Positions 27,441-36,128 of a stretch of 64,000 bases of DNA are shown piece after piece. Position 1 is the first letter of the stretch. Each line of letters starts with the position of its first letter. The DNA is taken from the IMG/VR virus record IMGVR_UViG_3300044673_000278, positions 59,694 to 123,693 of that record. One strand, 5' to 3'. The position numbers and the translations under genes were made by a program. The notes beneath the pieces are model-generated. The model searched no databases. It was not told the DNA's origin and saw only the letters and a list, made by a program, of their open reading frames with translations. This stretch comes from a virus (taxonomy: Duplodnaviria > Heunggongvirae > Uroviricota > Caudoviricetes).

Positions 27441-28330
27441 ACGTACTGTCGGAAATGACGCCACGCTGCACCTGACGCCAGTTCAGGCTTGCTCCAATGA
27501 CACATTGCCAGTTTCTCAATCCACTGCTGACGATCTGGCATATGTGGTGACTCAATCCTAGACAAATCAGTGTTGGCCACAGCATGTGCCTGACTGTTGG
27601 CTGGTTGCGGGTCTGTGATAAAAGCAGGTATGCCTTCGATTGCAGCAGCCACTGCTGGTGTGGAGTTGTATGTGACCACTGCCCAGGCATTGGCAAAGTC
27701 ATTGACCAACTCAACGTTTTTGCTGATGTCTCTGCCAGCTAGGTATTGGGCAGCAGATTTATCTCCCGGATGTGCTCTAATGCGTATGGGACGATCCGAA
27801 AATTGACGTATGGCAGCAATGGTTTGATCTAACCAATTCACAACATTTTGACCTTGCATGCTCCAACCACCATTGCGTTGAGTACAAATCAAAATATGAC
27901 TGCCTTGTGTTCGCCAGTCTCGCAGCACAATGCCAGTGTCCTTGCTGACTTGTTGCCAACGAGCAGGATCCACGGTGTTCCAGAAGTATGTGCCGGTGGT
28001 AGGAAACACACCGTCAAAACTGTATCGGTGGTAGGCATTGTGGCCGCGATAATTAAACAAGTTGCTGTCTACTACCAGTAATCGTCGGTTCCTGGCACGT
28101 TGATAGTCAATAACCTGCTGTCTCAGTGCAAGATGCGGGGCAGACTTACCGTGTTCGTGTTGCCAACCTTGTATGAACGCCACATCACAGTCCACTAGAT
28201 TTCTGCCTGTGTGCAATATACCTTGGTCGCCGGATGCTGAAACACCCTGAGCAAACAAACGCAGCATTTCGGCCTTTTCTGGATTTTTATTGCTAGGCGG
28301 TATTCCCGCCAAATACGATACAACTTTCAT
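27437..28330 (-). CDS. KpsC/KpsS-like GT-B glycosyltransferase
   Basis: IRIRAHP...VTYNSTPAVAAAIEGIP. Confidence 0.65.
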   Translation of the reverse strand: MKVVSYLAGIPPSNKNPEKAEMLRLFAQGVSASGDQGILHTGRNLVDCDVAFIQGWQHEHGKSAPHLALRQQVIDYQRARNRRLLVVDSNLFNYRGHNAYHRYSFDGVFPTTGTYFWNTVDPARWQQVSKDTGIVLRDWRTQGSHILICTQRNGGWSMQGQNVVNWLDQTIAAIRQFSDRPIRIRAHPGDKSAAQYLAGRDISKNVELVNDFANAWAVVTYNSTPAVAAAIEGIPAFITDPQPANSQAHAVANTDLSRIESPHMPDRQQWIEKLAMCHWSKPELASGAAWRHFRQYV

Positions 28331-29223
28331 CGTATGGCCTCCCAGAAATCCTGTGTAGCAGATTGACATTCGTCTAGTGCATCGCTGTGTATCACAGCAT
28401 TGTCAATTGCATCGCGCCATTCTGAAACTGTGTCAACAAAGGCTGGTTGATGTTTTAGATACTTGAATTTTGAGCTCCAGGCGCCAACTACAATCACTTT
28501 GCGTTTGAGCAGTGTTGCCCAGTATGCACCATGATAACTGTTGGTCAGCACAACCTCTGCTGATCCCAACAGCTCAATGGTCTGTTCTATATTGGAACCC
28601 GAGTTAACAAATCTCGGAATTGAATCGCTGCCAAATACTTTGTCTTTGATCAACTGTTTTTTGTGTTCGAACCAGATCACAGGATTTCTAATGCTGTATG
28701 TTTTGTCAAATGCTGGATGCATACAACTGGCACAAGGTGCCCACTCATAGTATTGCCCAAAGTCTCTTATGCCCACACGATCGAACTTTTTCATTTCTTC
28801 AGGATACTCAAAGTCATCTGCAGAACTATTTTGTCCGGCTCCCCAAATATATCTAGGTGCAGTTGGTTTGGGCAGTTTGTCTCGGATTTCGTTAAGCAAA
28901 TCACTGTAGGTATTTTTGAATTTTTTATGCAAATCTCGATTGCGATCGTCAATTACATGCCAACGTGCTGCCGACAGTGCATCGATTTGTAATCTATCGG
29001 GTGTGCTCAGTACTTTGGCTGCAACATTGCCCATGAATTCGTTGCCTATCAATCCACCGCCACCTAATATCAGCGGAACATTCAATGGGTAATCCACCCC
29101 GCCAAAGTCAGCAGCGTCAATGGATTGATACTCATCGGGCTTGAGAAAATACTGCAAGGGATTGGATGCCATATCCCCAACATTGTTTTGATCTCGGCGA
29201 TGAACTACTACAAATTTAACCAT
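28327..29223 (-). CDS. Polysaccharide pyruvyl-transferase-like protein
   Basis: NVGD, LGGGGL, WGAG, GIRD, TNSYHG. Confidence 0.7.
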   Translation of the reverse strand: MVKFVVVHRRDQNNVGDMASNPLQYFLKPDEYQSIDAADFGGVDYPLNVPLILGGGGLIGNEFMGNVAAKVLSTPDRLQIDALSAARWHVIDDRNRDLHKKFKNTYSDLLNEIRDKLPKPTAPRYIWGAGQNSSADDFEYPEEMKKFDRVGIRDFGQYYEWAPCASCMHPAFDKTYSIRNPVIWFEHKKQLIKDKVFGSDSIPRFVNSGSNIEQTIELLGSAEVVLTNSYHGAYWATLLKRKVIVVGAWSSKFKYLKHQPAFVDTVSEWRDAIDNAVIHSDALDECQSATQDFWEAIR

Positions 29224-29989
29224 ATTGTTTTAGAATCCTTAGTGCTGCACCATTGTTTAATTCTGATGTGTGAAACTGACCGTAAGCAAGATGACATGCC
29301 CACTGGTATCTCAAGTCATCGTCTGCATACAATGGTGTTTCAATCTTGTTGAGATCAGATAACGCAACGGGTGCAGCAGCATGTGTGGGTGCTAACACAA
29401 ATGCTGGTATGCCGCTGATTACACTTTCGACTGCTGCAATGCTGTTGAACGTAACCACAGCAAATACATCCTGTGTCAACGCTTGTGCAAAACTATTGAT
29501 TTGACGATCACTTCTTTTTGGCGCACGTTCTCTAACAATTATAGGACGGTCTGTGACAGATTTTAAATGACTGATGGTTTTATCAATCCATTGCTGTCGA
29601 TCTATGCCATAAAATCTACAAGGCTTGTCATCGGGCAGAGCTAACAAAATGTTCTTTCCGCTGCGATTCCACGACTTCATTTGTATACCTTGGCGGCGCC
29701 AACGATCGTCTGGCACAGTTCTTAGTTCACTGTGTTGTAAATCATTGCGTACTATGCGGTGCCATTGCTTGAACCCAGTGTTGCCAAAATAACCTGTGTC
29801 CATGTAGTAGAAATCACGACGGTCTTTCCAGCAACGTTGCATGATTTTGTATTTCAGTATGCCTCTCAATACCAAAGGCTCCGTGCTGGATTCATACACA
29901 AAGTCGTTGAGATTGATAGCACGTTGCCCGCAGCCCTGGGCAAACGTATTGATGTATTCGTCCTGGCCGTCCTTGCTGATAAAAATCAT
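29216..29989 (-). CDS. KpsC/KpsS-like GT-B glycosyltransferase
   Basis: YMDTGYFG, RPIIVR, VTFNSIAAVESVISGIP. Confidence 0.65.
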   Translation of the reverse strand: MIFISKDGQDEYINTFAQGCGQRAINLNDFVYESSTEPLVLRGILKYKIMQRCWKDRRDFYYMDTGYFGNTGFKQWHRIVRNDLQHSELRTVPDDRWRRQGIQMKSWNRSGKNILLALPDDKPCRFYGIDRQQWIDKTISHLKSVTDRPIIVRERAPKRSDRQINSFAQALTQDVFAVVTFNSIAAVESVISGIPAFVLAPTHAAAPVALSDLNKIETPLYADDDLRYQWACHLAYGQFHTSELNNGAALRILKQYG

Positions 29990-30669
29990 ATGTCCCGCTG
30001 CTGACAGTATTCGGTGAGAATGCGTTCCCGGTGCCATTCGTTGCCTTGCGGTGTATCAGCAAACTCCTGAAAGCATGGCGTGCCAAGTGTGTAATGCAGT
30101 AACTTGGCGTCGGCATTTGGCCCGTATTCATCGGGCAACCAGTTCCATTCTTTGGGGAGTTCACCAATTCGAGCATCATCTAACCACGAGAAGCGGTGGA
30201 GGAAACTGCCGGTGCTGTGTTGGACGAAGTCAGGGGTAAGTTTCCGGTTAGGAAAGCTAGCACAATTCCACAGAATAACACTACTCCAATTTTTTCTAGG
30301 ATAGTTTTCATTTTTTGCCCCAAGGTATTTTACAGGCATGCGAGTTTGGTAATCGTGTTTGACCACTTGCACATCACAGGTATGATCACGCATGTTCCAG
30401 AGTTCGGCAATGTCGCCACGCACGATCATGTCTCCGTCAATGAAAATAGCATGACCTTCGTAGTCTTGTAGGTATGGTACTAGAAAACGTGTGTAGATAA
30501 AGTGATTGCTGCCGTCGGTGTGCGTTTCAGAATATTCTTTGAACAGATTCAGTGCAACTGGTACGATGGCCACTGGTTGGCTTGAGTTGCGAATAATAGA
30601 GTTCGCACACACATGATAGGCTATGGCTTCTCTGGGATCATACCCTATGAATACTGGAATTGGTTTCAT
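29986..30669 (-). CDS. GT8-like glycosyltransferase
   Basis: FIGYDPRE, F.YTRFLVP, FIDGDM, RKNWSS, EWN.L, LHYTLGTP. Confidence 0.85.
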   Translation of the reverse strand: MKPIPVFIGYDPREAIAYHVCANSIIRNSSQPVAIVPVALNLFKEYSETHTDGSNHFIYTRFLVPYLQDYEGHAIFIDGDMIVRGDIAELWNMRDHTCDVQVVKHDYQTRMPVKYLGAKNENYPRKNWSSVILWNCASFPNRKLTPDFVQHSTGSFLHRFSWLDDARIGELPKEWNWLPDEYGPNADAKLLHYTLGTPCFQEFADTPQGNEWHRERILTEYCQQRDI

Positions 30670-31096
30670 TGTTACACACTGACAAAATATAACTGCCGTG
30701 CCTATGATGTTCTACTGTGGAGAAAAATTTACGCAGTAACTGGTCAATGCTGACATCGTCAAATGCTTGTCGCCACTCGGGCTTTTTCTTTACCGCCAAT
30801 GTTACAACTACAAAACTTTTGGCACAACCTGCAATGTTATTTAATGTCGCCGCAGGATCGTCAAGGTATTCCAAAACTCCCAACAACAAGCCAAGATCAA
30901 ATTGTTCTTGTAGTTTCACGGGTTGATCAAGGTCTGCAACAATGTCAGCAGTGTCACAGCGATCAATACCCAGGTACTTGGAAGGTTTTACGTAGTCTAA
31001 AACTTCTCGATTGCCGCAGCCAAAATCCACTATGCTAACGTTGTTGGGTATGTAGTCTTTGACAAATTCCCAACGATCGCTCCAGGGATTTTTCAT
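30638..31096 (-). CDS. Class I SAM-dependent methyltransferase
   Basis: VDFGCG, YLGID, FDL..LLGVLEY. Confidence 0.8.
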   Translation of the reverse strand: MKNPWSDRWEFVKDYIPNNVSIVDFGCGNREVLDYVKPSKYLGIDRCDTADIVADLDQPVKLQEQFDLGLLLGVLEYLDDPAATLNNIAGCAKSFVVVTLAVKKKPEWRQAFDDVSIDQLLRKFFSTVEHHRHGSYILSVCNNETNSSIHRV

Positions 31097-31857
31097 CTGC
31101 GTTCAATGTCCTCTTCTACGCAATTTGTACCGTATTGGATTTCGATCAGTTTCAGTGGTTGGTCAGTTTCGTTGCACAACTGATGCCATTCTTGACAACG
31201 GATGAAAGTATGCTCATGCACGTCAAGATGACACTTGACTTCAGGATCAGTGCTGGCTTGATCCAGTGTGTACACTGTGGCTGTGCCTTCGGCCACAAAC
31301 CAAAATTCAGCACGTTGGTCATGTCGTTGCATGCTCAAACATGTTTTGGGCGCTACTGTAAGTTCTTTGAGTTTGGTATTGGCACCTACTTCGTGCAGCA
31401 CACGATAGTAACCCCAGGTTCGTTGAGTCTTGGGCTTTTTCCAATCTTCAAGAATCCAGCTAGAACTGTTCTTTTTGTCCTCGCCGCCTACCCCAAACAC
31501 AAAACTCAATCGAGATCCTGCAAGATCCATCTCGGGGATATTGTCCTTTGTACGGTCACCACCGTTGGCAAAGATAATTTCTGCATCAGGATACTTTTGT
31601 CTCACACGGATTATAGCATCCTTGCTGGATCCGTCATCGTCGTTGTATGTAACAACTTCGTCAACAATGCGCAAGGCGCTGACCAGTGCAAAACGTTCGC
31701 TCATAGGCATGAATGGTCGACCTTTTTTACGAGTCAACCATTCATCTGAGTTGAGTCCCACAACAAGCTTGTCGCCCAGTTGTTTGGCTGCATGAAAGTA
31801 TGCTAAATGCCCGCTGTGAATGGGATCAAATCCCCCGGTAACGATTACGATTTTCAT
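31093..31857 (-). CDS. Cytidylyltransferase (TagD/RfaE-like) fused to a mannose-6-P isomerase-type cupin
   Basis: TGGFDPIHSGH (HxGH), ANGGDR, R.WG.Y, LSMQRH..RAEFW, IEIQYG....EEDIER. Confidence 0.88.
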   Translation of the reverse strand: MKIVIVTGGFDPIHSGHLAYFHAAKQLGDKLVVGLNSDEWLTRKKGRPFMPMSERFALVSALRIVDEVVTYNDDDGSSKDAIIRVRQKYPDAEIIFANGGDRTKDNIPEMDLAGSRLSFVFGVGGEDKKNSSSWILEDWKKPKTQRTWGYYRVLHEVGANTKLKELTVAPKTCLSMQRHDQRAEFWFVAEGTATVYTLDQASTDPEVKCHLDVHEHTFIRCQEWHQLCNETDQPLKLIEIQYGTNCVEEDIERR

Positions 31858-31882
31858 AGTGCTATTTACAGGCTTAGCTGTA

Positions 31883-32335
31883 TCACACTGTAATATCTTC
31901 CATGCCTGCTGTGCGCAGTTTGGTGATGTGACCCAGTTGCCATTGCTTGGTATCTAGCCCTTTCATGATACCCAACCAACGATTGCGCAACAGTGCTACT
32001 TCGTTGATAATGGTTTCAAAGTCAATGACTTCATCCTCACCGTCTACGTATTTTTCAGCGTCCCTGCTGGTCAGCGCACGGGCATAGGCTTCCAAGTACT
32101 TTTGGAAGTGCCTACGACGAATTTTTCTCAATTGTATATTGAGAAAATTGAGCACCGCTTCAATCTCTTGTAACTGATTAAAACGGTGCTCTGTGATACC
32201 CGGCAGCTCTTTGACGTTTTTTTCAACCAAGCCGCCAATGCGACAATCGCGTTTGGCTTCTTCGAGTTCGCGTTCATAGTGCTGAATGAAATCAGGTATG
32301 TTACCTAGGTCAGCTACTACTTTGCTATACCACAT
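31883..32335 (-). CDS. uvsY: Recombination mediator UvsY-like
   Basis: Helical protein with KYVDGE and GIMKGLD.KQWQL; near uvsX. Confidence 0.7.
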   Translation of the reverse strand: MWYSKVVADLGNIPDFIQHYERELEEAKRDCRIGGLVEKNVKELPGITEHRFNQLQEIEAVLNFLNIQLRKIRRRHFQKYLEAYARALTSRDAEKYVDGEDEVIDFETIINEVALLRNRWLGIMKGLDTKQWQLGHITKLRTAGMEDITV

Positions 32336-32583
32336 TACTCTTCCCAATCTTGGTCGTAGTCTTCCTCGTCCTCGTCGACTTCTTCTTCTTGGTCGTCTTC
32401 GATATATGACGCAAGGGCTCGTTTGATATCTGCGTCGCCTTTGAACGCATCACGAATATCCCCAGCATCCTCATCATGATCGATCAACAGAGAAACAAGA
32501 GTTTCTGCTGCTTCGGCTCGATCCACAGTGTTGACGTACCGCTTGAGTTCGCCCCAAATTTCACTAGCAATGTCTGAATACAT
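32335..32583 (-). CDS. Hypothetical acidic protein
   Basis: 82-aa ORF, GAGG SD. Confidence 0.7.
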   Translation of the reverse strand: MYSDIASEIWGELKRYVNTVDRAEAAETLVSLLIDHDEDAGDIRDAFKGDADIKRALASYIEDDQEEEVDEDEEDYDQDWEE

Positions 32584-33644
32584 TAAACCTCCTCGTTTTC
32601 AGAATCAGTGGTACTTACCTTGTCTGCTTGATTGGCAAAATCTGCCATGATCTTGTCCAAGCATCCATCTTCGTTGTTTTCCCAAGCTTTGCGGAACTGT
32701 TTGATAATCTCGCCATCGCTGGTCACAAACATCAGTCGGTTACCGTCCTTCTTGAGCATGCCCTTCTTTTCAGCAAGATCAACTAGACCGCTGTAAGGGC
32801 TCATACCTTGCTCATAAGGGATCTTGACCTGCACACCTTCAAAGGGCTTGGCATAGCGAGTTTTCATTACTTTACAGGCCGAGCGAATACCCATGACGTC
32901 TGTGACTTTGTTGCCATCTTCGTCTTCTTTGAGTTTGAGCTTGCGCATAGCAACCACAATAGAGCTGGCGTAAATGAAGCCTTGACCGCCTGAAATCTTG
33001 TCATCAGGATCAAACATGTCCTGGCTTGCATATGTGTGGTTAGTACACACCAGACCAACGTTGTAGCTACCAAACATGTTGACACAGTTACGAACCAATG
33101 CAGTCAGAGCTTTGGGTTTACGGCCTAGGTCACCTTTGAGGTCGCCGCCTTCAAACTGGTTGATGTCGGTAGGAGTCAACAACATGCCCAGAGAGTCAAT
33201 GACAAAAAGAACTTTAGGACGTTCACCATCAGGCAGGGCTTTGTAATCGCTCATGAACGTAGCAATGGTCTTGGCTACATCGTCAATCATGGCCATGCTT
33301 AGTTTCAGCAGTTTGCTTTCATCTGTGCTTACACCCAGGGCATGCAGCCAGGCTTCGTCCAGTGCGTTTTCACTGTCGATTAGCACAACATAGATGCCTT
33401 GTTCCTGTGCGTTCTTGATGATGTTGCCGCTGCAGATGTAGCTTTTGCCTGCGCCGGATTCACCAGCAAACACTGTAACTTTGCCCAGCGGCACACCTTT
33501 GTTGAAGTCGCCTGAAATAAGATAGTTCAGTGCATAGTTGCCTGTTGAGATCCAGTCTGTGGGATCGTTGAAGCCGATACTAAGGCCGTCAATGCTTTTA
33601 GTGATTTCCTTACGGAACTTTGAAATGTCAAATGGTTTACCCAT
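32583..33644 (-). CDS. uvsX: RecA-like recombinase UvsX
   Basis: ISTG, GESGAGKS, IDSENA, VIDSLG, NHTY, SGG. Confidence 0.95.
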   Translation of the reverse strand: MGKPFDISKFRKEITKSIDGLSIGFNDPTDWISTGNYALNYLISGDFNKGVPLGKVTVFAGESGAGKSYICSGNIIKNAQEQGIYVVLIDSENALDEAWLHALGVSTDESKLLKLSMAMIDDVAKTIATFMSDYKALPDGERPKVLFVIDSLGMLLTPTDINQFEGGDLKGDLGRKPKALTALVRNCVNMFGSYNVGLVCTNHTYASQDMFDPDDKISGGQGFIYASSIVVAMRKLKLKEDEDGNKVTDVMGIRSACKVMKTRYAKPFEGVQVKIPYEQGMSPYSGLVDLAEKKGMLKKDGNRLMFVTSDGEIIKQFRKAWENNEDGCLDKIMADFANQADKVSTTDSENEEV

Positions 33645-33646
33645 GA

Positions 33647-34945
33647 TTAGTCCTTTGTGTATATCCAACGAGATAGCTCATTGCTAAATGTAGATTTTAC
33701 ATCCAATTTATGCCTTTTGCTATATTCTAAAACAAAATTTTTGAAATCAATTTGTTCTAAATGCGAAGTACTGGGCGAGCCCAGCAGTGAAACAATTTGA
33801 TCTATGTTGATTGCCAATAACTCAGAATCTAGATTTTTGCGATGTTGTTGTACCCACGATTGAAGTTGCTGCATATAGTATTTTTTTAAATGCTCAGGCA
33901 ACACAGATATCGCTTGAAAATTAGGCCATCTTACAACACTGACTTTTGAGCTGAGTCGATTGGGCCAGCGGCGTTTGATTTCCAAATACCAGTTACAATA
34001 GTCAATCAACCCATCCAGTGCCAAAATATTTAAAGTTCCCAAAAAGTCTAAGTTGACTTCGGGATACTTTGTTAGCACATGATGCACGTTGGTGTTAAAC
34101 TCTTGCCAGTCTAAGCCGTATCGAATGAACTCGGATTTTTTATCAGTGCCATCAATGCTGATAGACAACTTAATTTTTTTAAACCTCGAACGATATGATA
34201 GAAATTTTTCAATCATCGCCTGGTTACTAAAATTTGTAACAATCTGAAGATTCAAATTACTGGTGTCATACCCTTCCAATCGATCCATTAGTTTCCAAAA
34301 TTTTGGATTAATGGTTGGTTCGCCGCCTAGCACATTTAACTTCCTGATGGTATCTAAGTTTTTTGTTATCATCTCAACCACGCGATCAAACAGCAGATTT
34401 TGTTGTTGTTCGTCGAGTCGGTCTTTTGATCCCAATCGTTGATACGTTTTCTTTGGATCAGTGGCCGTTTTGTATGGTCCGTTGATTTTTAAATCTGTGG
34501 CCCAGCTTGTGCTTTGAGTTGGATCGCAATAGCTACACACAAAATTACAATAATTATCAATCATTATAGTGATAAGTTCCGGGACAACTGTATTACTGAG
34601 ATCAAACTTGGTGAAATCTTTGTGTTTGTGGTGTTCGCTGTAATAGACCCTATCGCTGATCACATCGCTGTTGGTGTTTTCGATGTTCCAACAATTAGAG
34701 CATTCCGCCGGTTGAACACCCAGTAGCATTTGCTGGCGTTGCGAAATCTTTTGCCTGGTGTTGTGTACTGCCAATAGATTTGACTCAATCTCCAGCAGAT
34801 CAATTGGACCGGGCACAGGATAATGACAACTACTAGTCTGACCAGTATGCAAATATATGTCTGTAGACATCCATTTTGCAGCACAAAAAGTTGGGCTAAC
34901 AGGATCTAGTCTTTCAATTTTGAAAGTTTTCAGCTGCTGACTCAT
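33647..34945 (-). CDS. Radical SAM protein with an N-terminal twitch/SPASM domain
   Basis: FCAAKW...SCH...ECSNCW, then CNFVCSYC, GGEP, SIDG. Confidence 0.9.
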   Translation of the reverse strand: MSQQLKTFKIERLDPVSPTFCAAKWMSTDIYLHTGQTSSCHYPVPGPIDLLEIESNLLAVHNTRQKISQRQQMLLGVQPAECSNCWNIENTNSDVISDRVYYSEHHKHKDFTKFDLSNTVVPELITIMIDNYCNFVCSYCDPTQSTSWATDLKINGPYKTATDPKKTYQRLGSKDRLDEQQQNLLFDRVVEMITKNLDTIRKLNVLGGEPTINPKFWKLMDRLEGYDTSNLNLQIVTNFSNQAMIEKFLSYRSRFKKIKLSISIDGTDKKSEFIRYGLDWQEFNTNVHHVLTKYPEVNLDFLGTLNILALDGLIDYCNWYLEIKRRWPNRLSSKVSVVRWPNFQAISVLPEHLKKYYMQQLQSWVQQHRKNLDSELLAINIDQIVSLLGSPSTSHLEQIDFKNFVLEYSKRHKLDVKSTFSNELSRWIYTKD

Positions 34946-34952
34946 AGAATAT

Positions 34953-34976
34953 ATCAAGGCCCTTGCGGGCCTTGAT
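34953..34976 (-). terminator. Stem-loop after gp32 (terminator or stabiliser)
   Basis: ATCAAGGCCC-GCAA-GGGCCTTGAT; weak U tract. Confidence 0.65.
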
Positions 34977-34980
34977 AATT

Positions 34981-35991
34981 TTACTTGCTTTGTCTTGCGC
35001 GAATCATTGCAAGAATGTCTTCGGCTTTCTGTGCAGGCTTGGCTGCGGATTGCACAGGTGCTGTAGCAGCAGGTGCATCGTCCACATCAAATGGAGGATC
35101 TTCTGCAACTGGAGCAGCCTTGGTCACTGCGGGTGCTGCTGCACGTGGTGCAGGTGCATCTTCATCAGTGTGTGCTGCGCCGCCGCTGGAACCAGCAGGG
35201 GCCTGCAGACCAGCAGGACGGTAGTACTGACCCCAACGATCGGGATCATAAGGTTGACCGTCAACACTTGCTTCGAACATTTCCTTGATCACGCGAAGCT
35301 CAACGTCAGTGGGCTTCTTGGGCAGGAATGTGCTCAAGTCAAACAGACCGTGTGCTTCCACAGCAGCTTGTTCTGCTTCTGTGAGTGCAGACTCTTTACG
35401 TGCCCACTTAGAAGTGTTGTAGTCAGCATAACCACCTTTGGAGGTCTTGGTAATGCGGAAGTCCAGACCACGCATGTAGTCGGTTGGCAGTTCTTCCAGA
35501 TCAGGATCCATCAGTGCGGATTTGATCAGGGTAAACAGTTGAGGTCCGATAATGAATTTACGGATTGGGTTTTCGGGAGTGACGTCATCACTCAAGGGGT
35601 TCTCACGAACAAAGCCTTGGAAAATGTAGCTGCGCTTCTTCCAGTACTTGCGACCCATTTCTTCAAGGCTCTTGTCCTTGAACCAGGTACGCACTTCGGT
35701 GAGGATAGGACAGGTTTCGCCCCACATTTCCACGCAAGGGACCTGAACCATAACTTGTTTGGATTCCATTTCGCCTTTGATGCCCGAGAAGGGTAGACGA
35801 ATCATTGCTCGTTCTTGCCAGAAGAACGTGTTTTTGGGGTTGCCGTCTGGAAGAAAACGGAGTGTGGCGCTTTGGCCTTCTTCCATGTTCCAGTGAGGGT
35901 AAATCGAGCGATCGCCGCCGCCTCCGGAACTGTCTTTGCCTTTTGTTTCAGCTGCCTGTAGTCTTGCTCGAATTTCTGCTAATGATGCCAT
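34981..35991 (-). CDS. gp32: ssDNA-binding protein (T4 gp32-like)
   Basis: LRFLPD, C....G..CP, YWKK, GGYADY..S.W, Ala/Pro-rich tail. Confidence 0.92.
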   Translation of the reverse strand: MASLAEIRARLQAAETKGKDSSGGGGDRSIYPHWNMEEGQSATLRFLPDGNPKNTFFWQERAMIRLPFSGIKGEMESKQVMVQVPCVEMWGETCPILTEVRTWFKDKSLEEMGRKYWKKRSYIFQGFVRENPLSDDVTPENPIRKFIIGPQLFTLIKSALMDPDLEELPTDYMRGLDFRITKTSKGGYADYNTSKWARKESALTEAEQAAVEAHGLFDLSTFLPKKPTDVELRVIKEMFEASVDGQPYDPDRWGQYYRPAGLQAPAGSSGGAAHTDEDAPAPRAAAPAVTKAAPVAEDPPFDVDDAPAATAPVQSAAKPAQKAEDILAMIRARQSK

Positions 35992-36093
35992 AGTATTTTC
36001 TCCTTAATAAGTTGCCTATGTAGTGTTGCCTATCTAAAAATTTAGATCTAAGTTGCCTGTGACACACAAACAAGAAAGCGCATACACCCAGTA

Positions 36094-36122
36094 AGTATAT
36101 GCGCCTTGTGCCTTGGTGTCAA
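36094..36122 (-). promoter_or_regulatory. sigma70 promoter of gp32
   Basis: TTGACA-17 nt-TATACT; TAAATA also at 36126-36131. Confidence 0.7.
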
Positions 36123-36128
36123 TACTAT

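Noticed and set aside
34963-35796. 277-aa plus-strand ORF antisense to gp32 (likewise 20524-21252, 484-1062, 31135-31749, 46795-47304)
   Set aside because: Shadow ORFs opposite well-supported genes, with no SD, promoter or motifs; expected from codon bias
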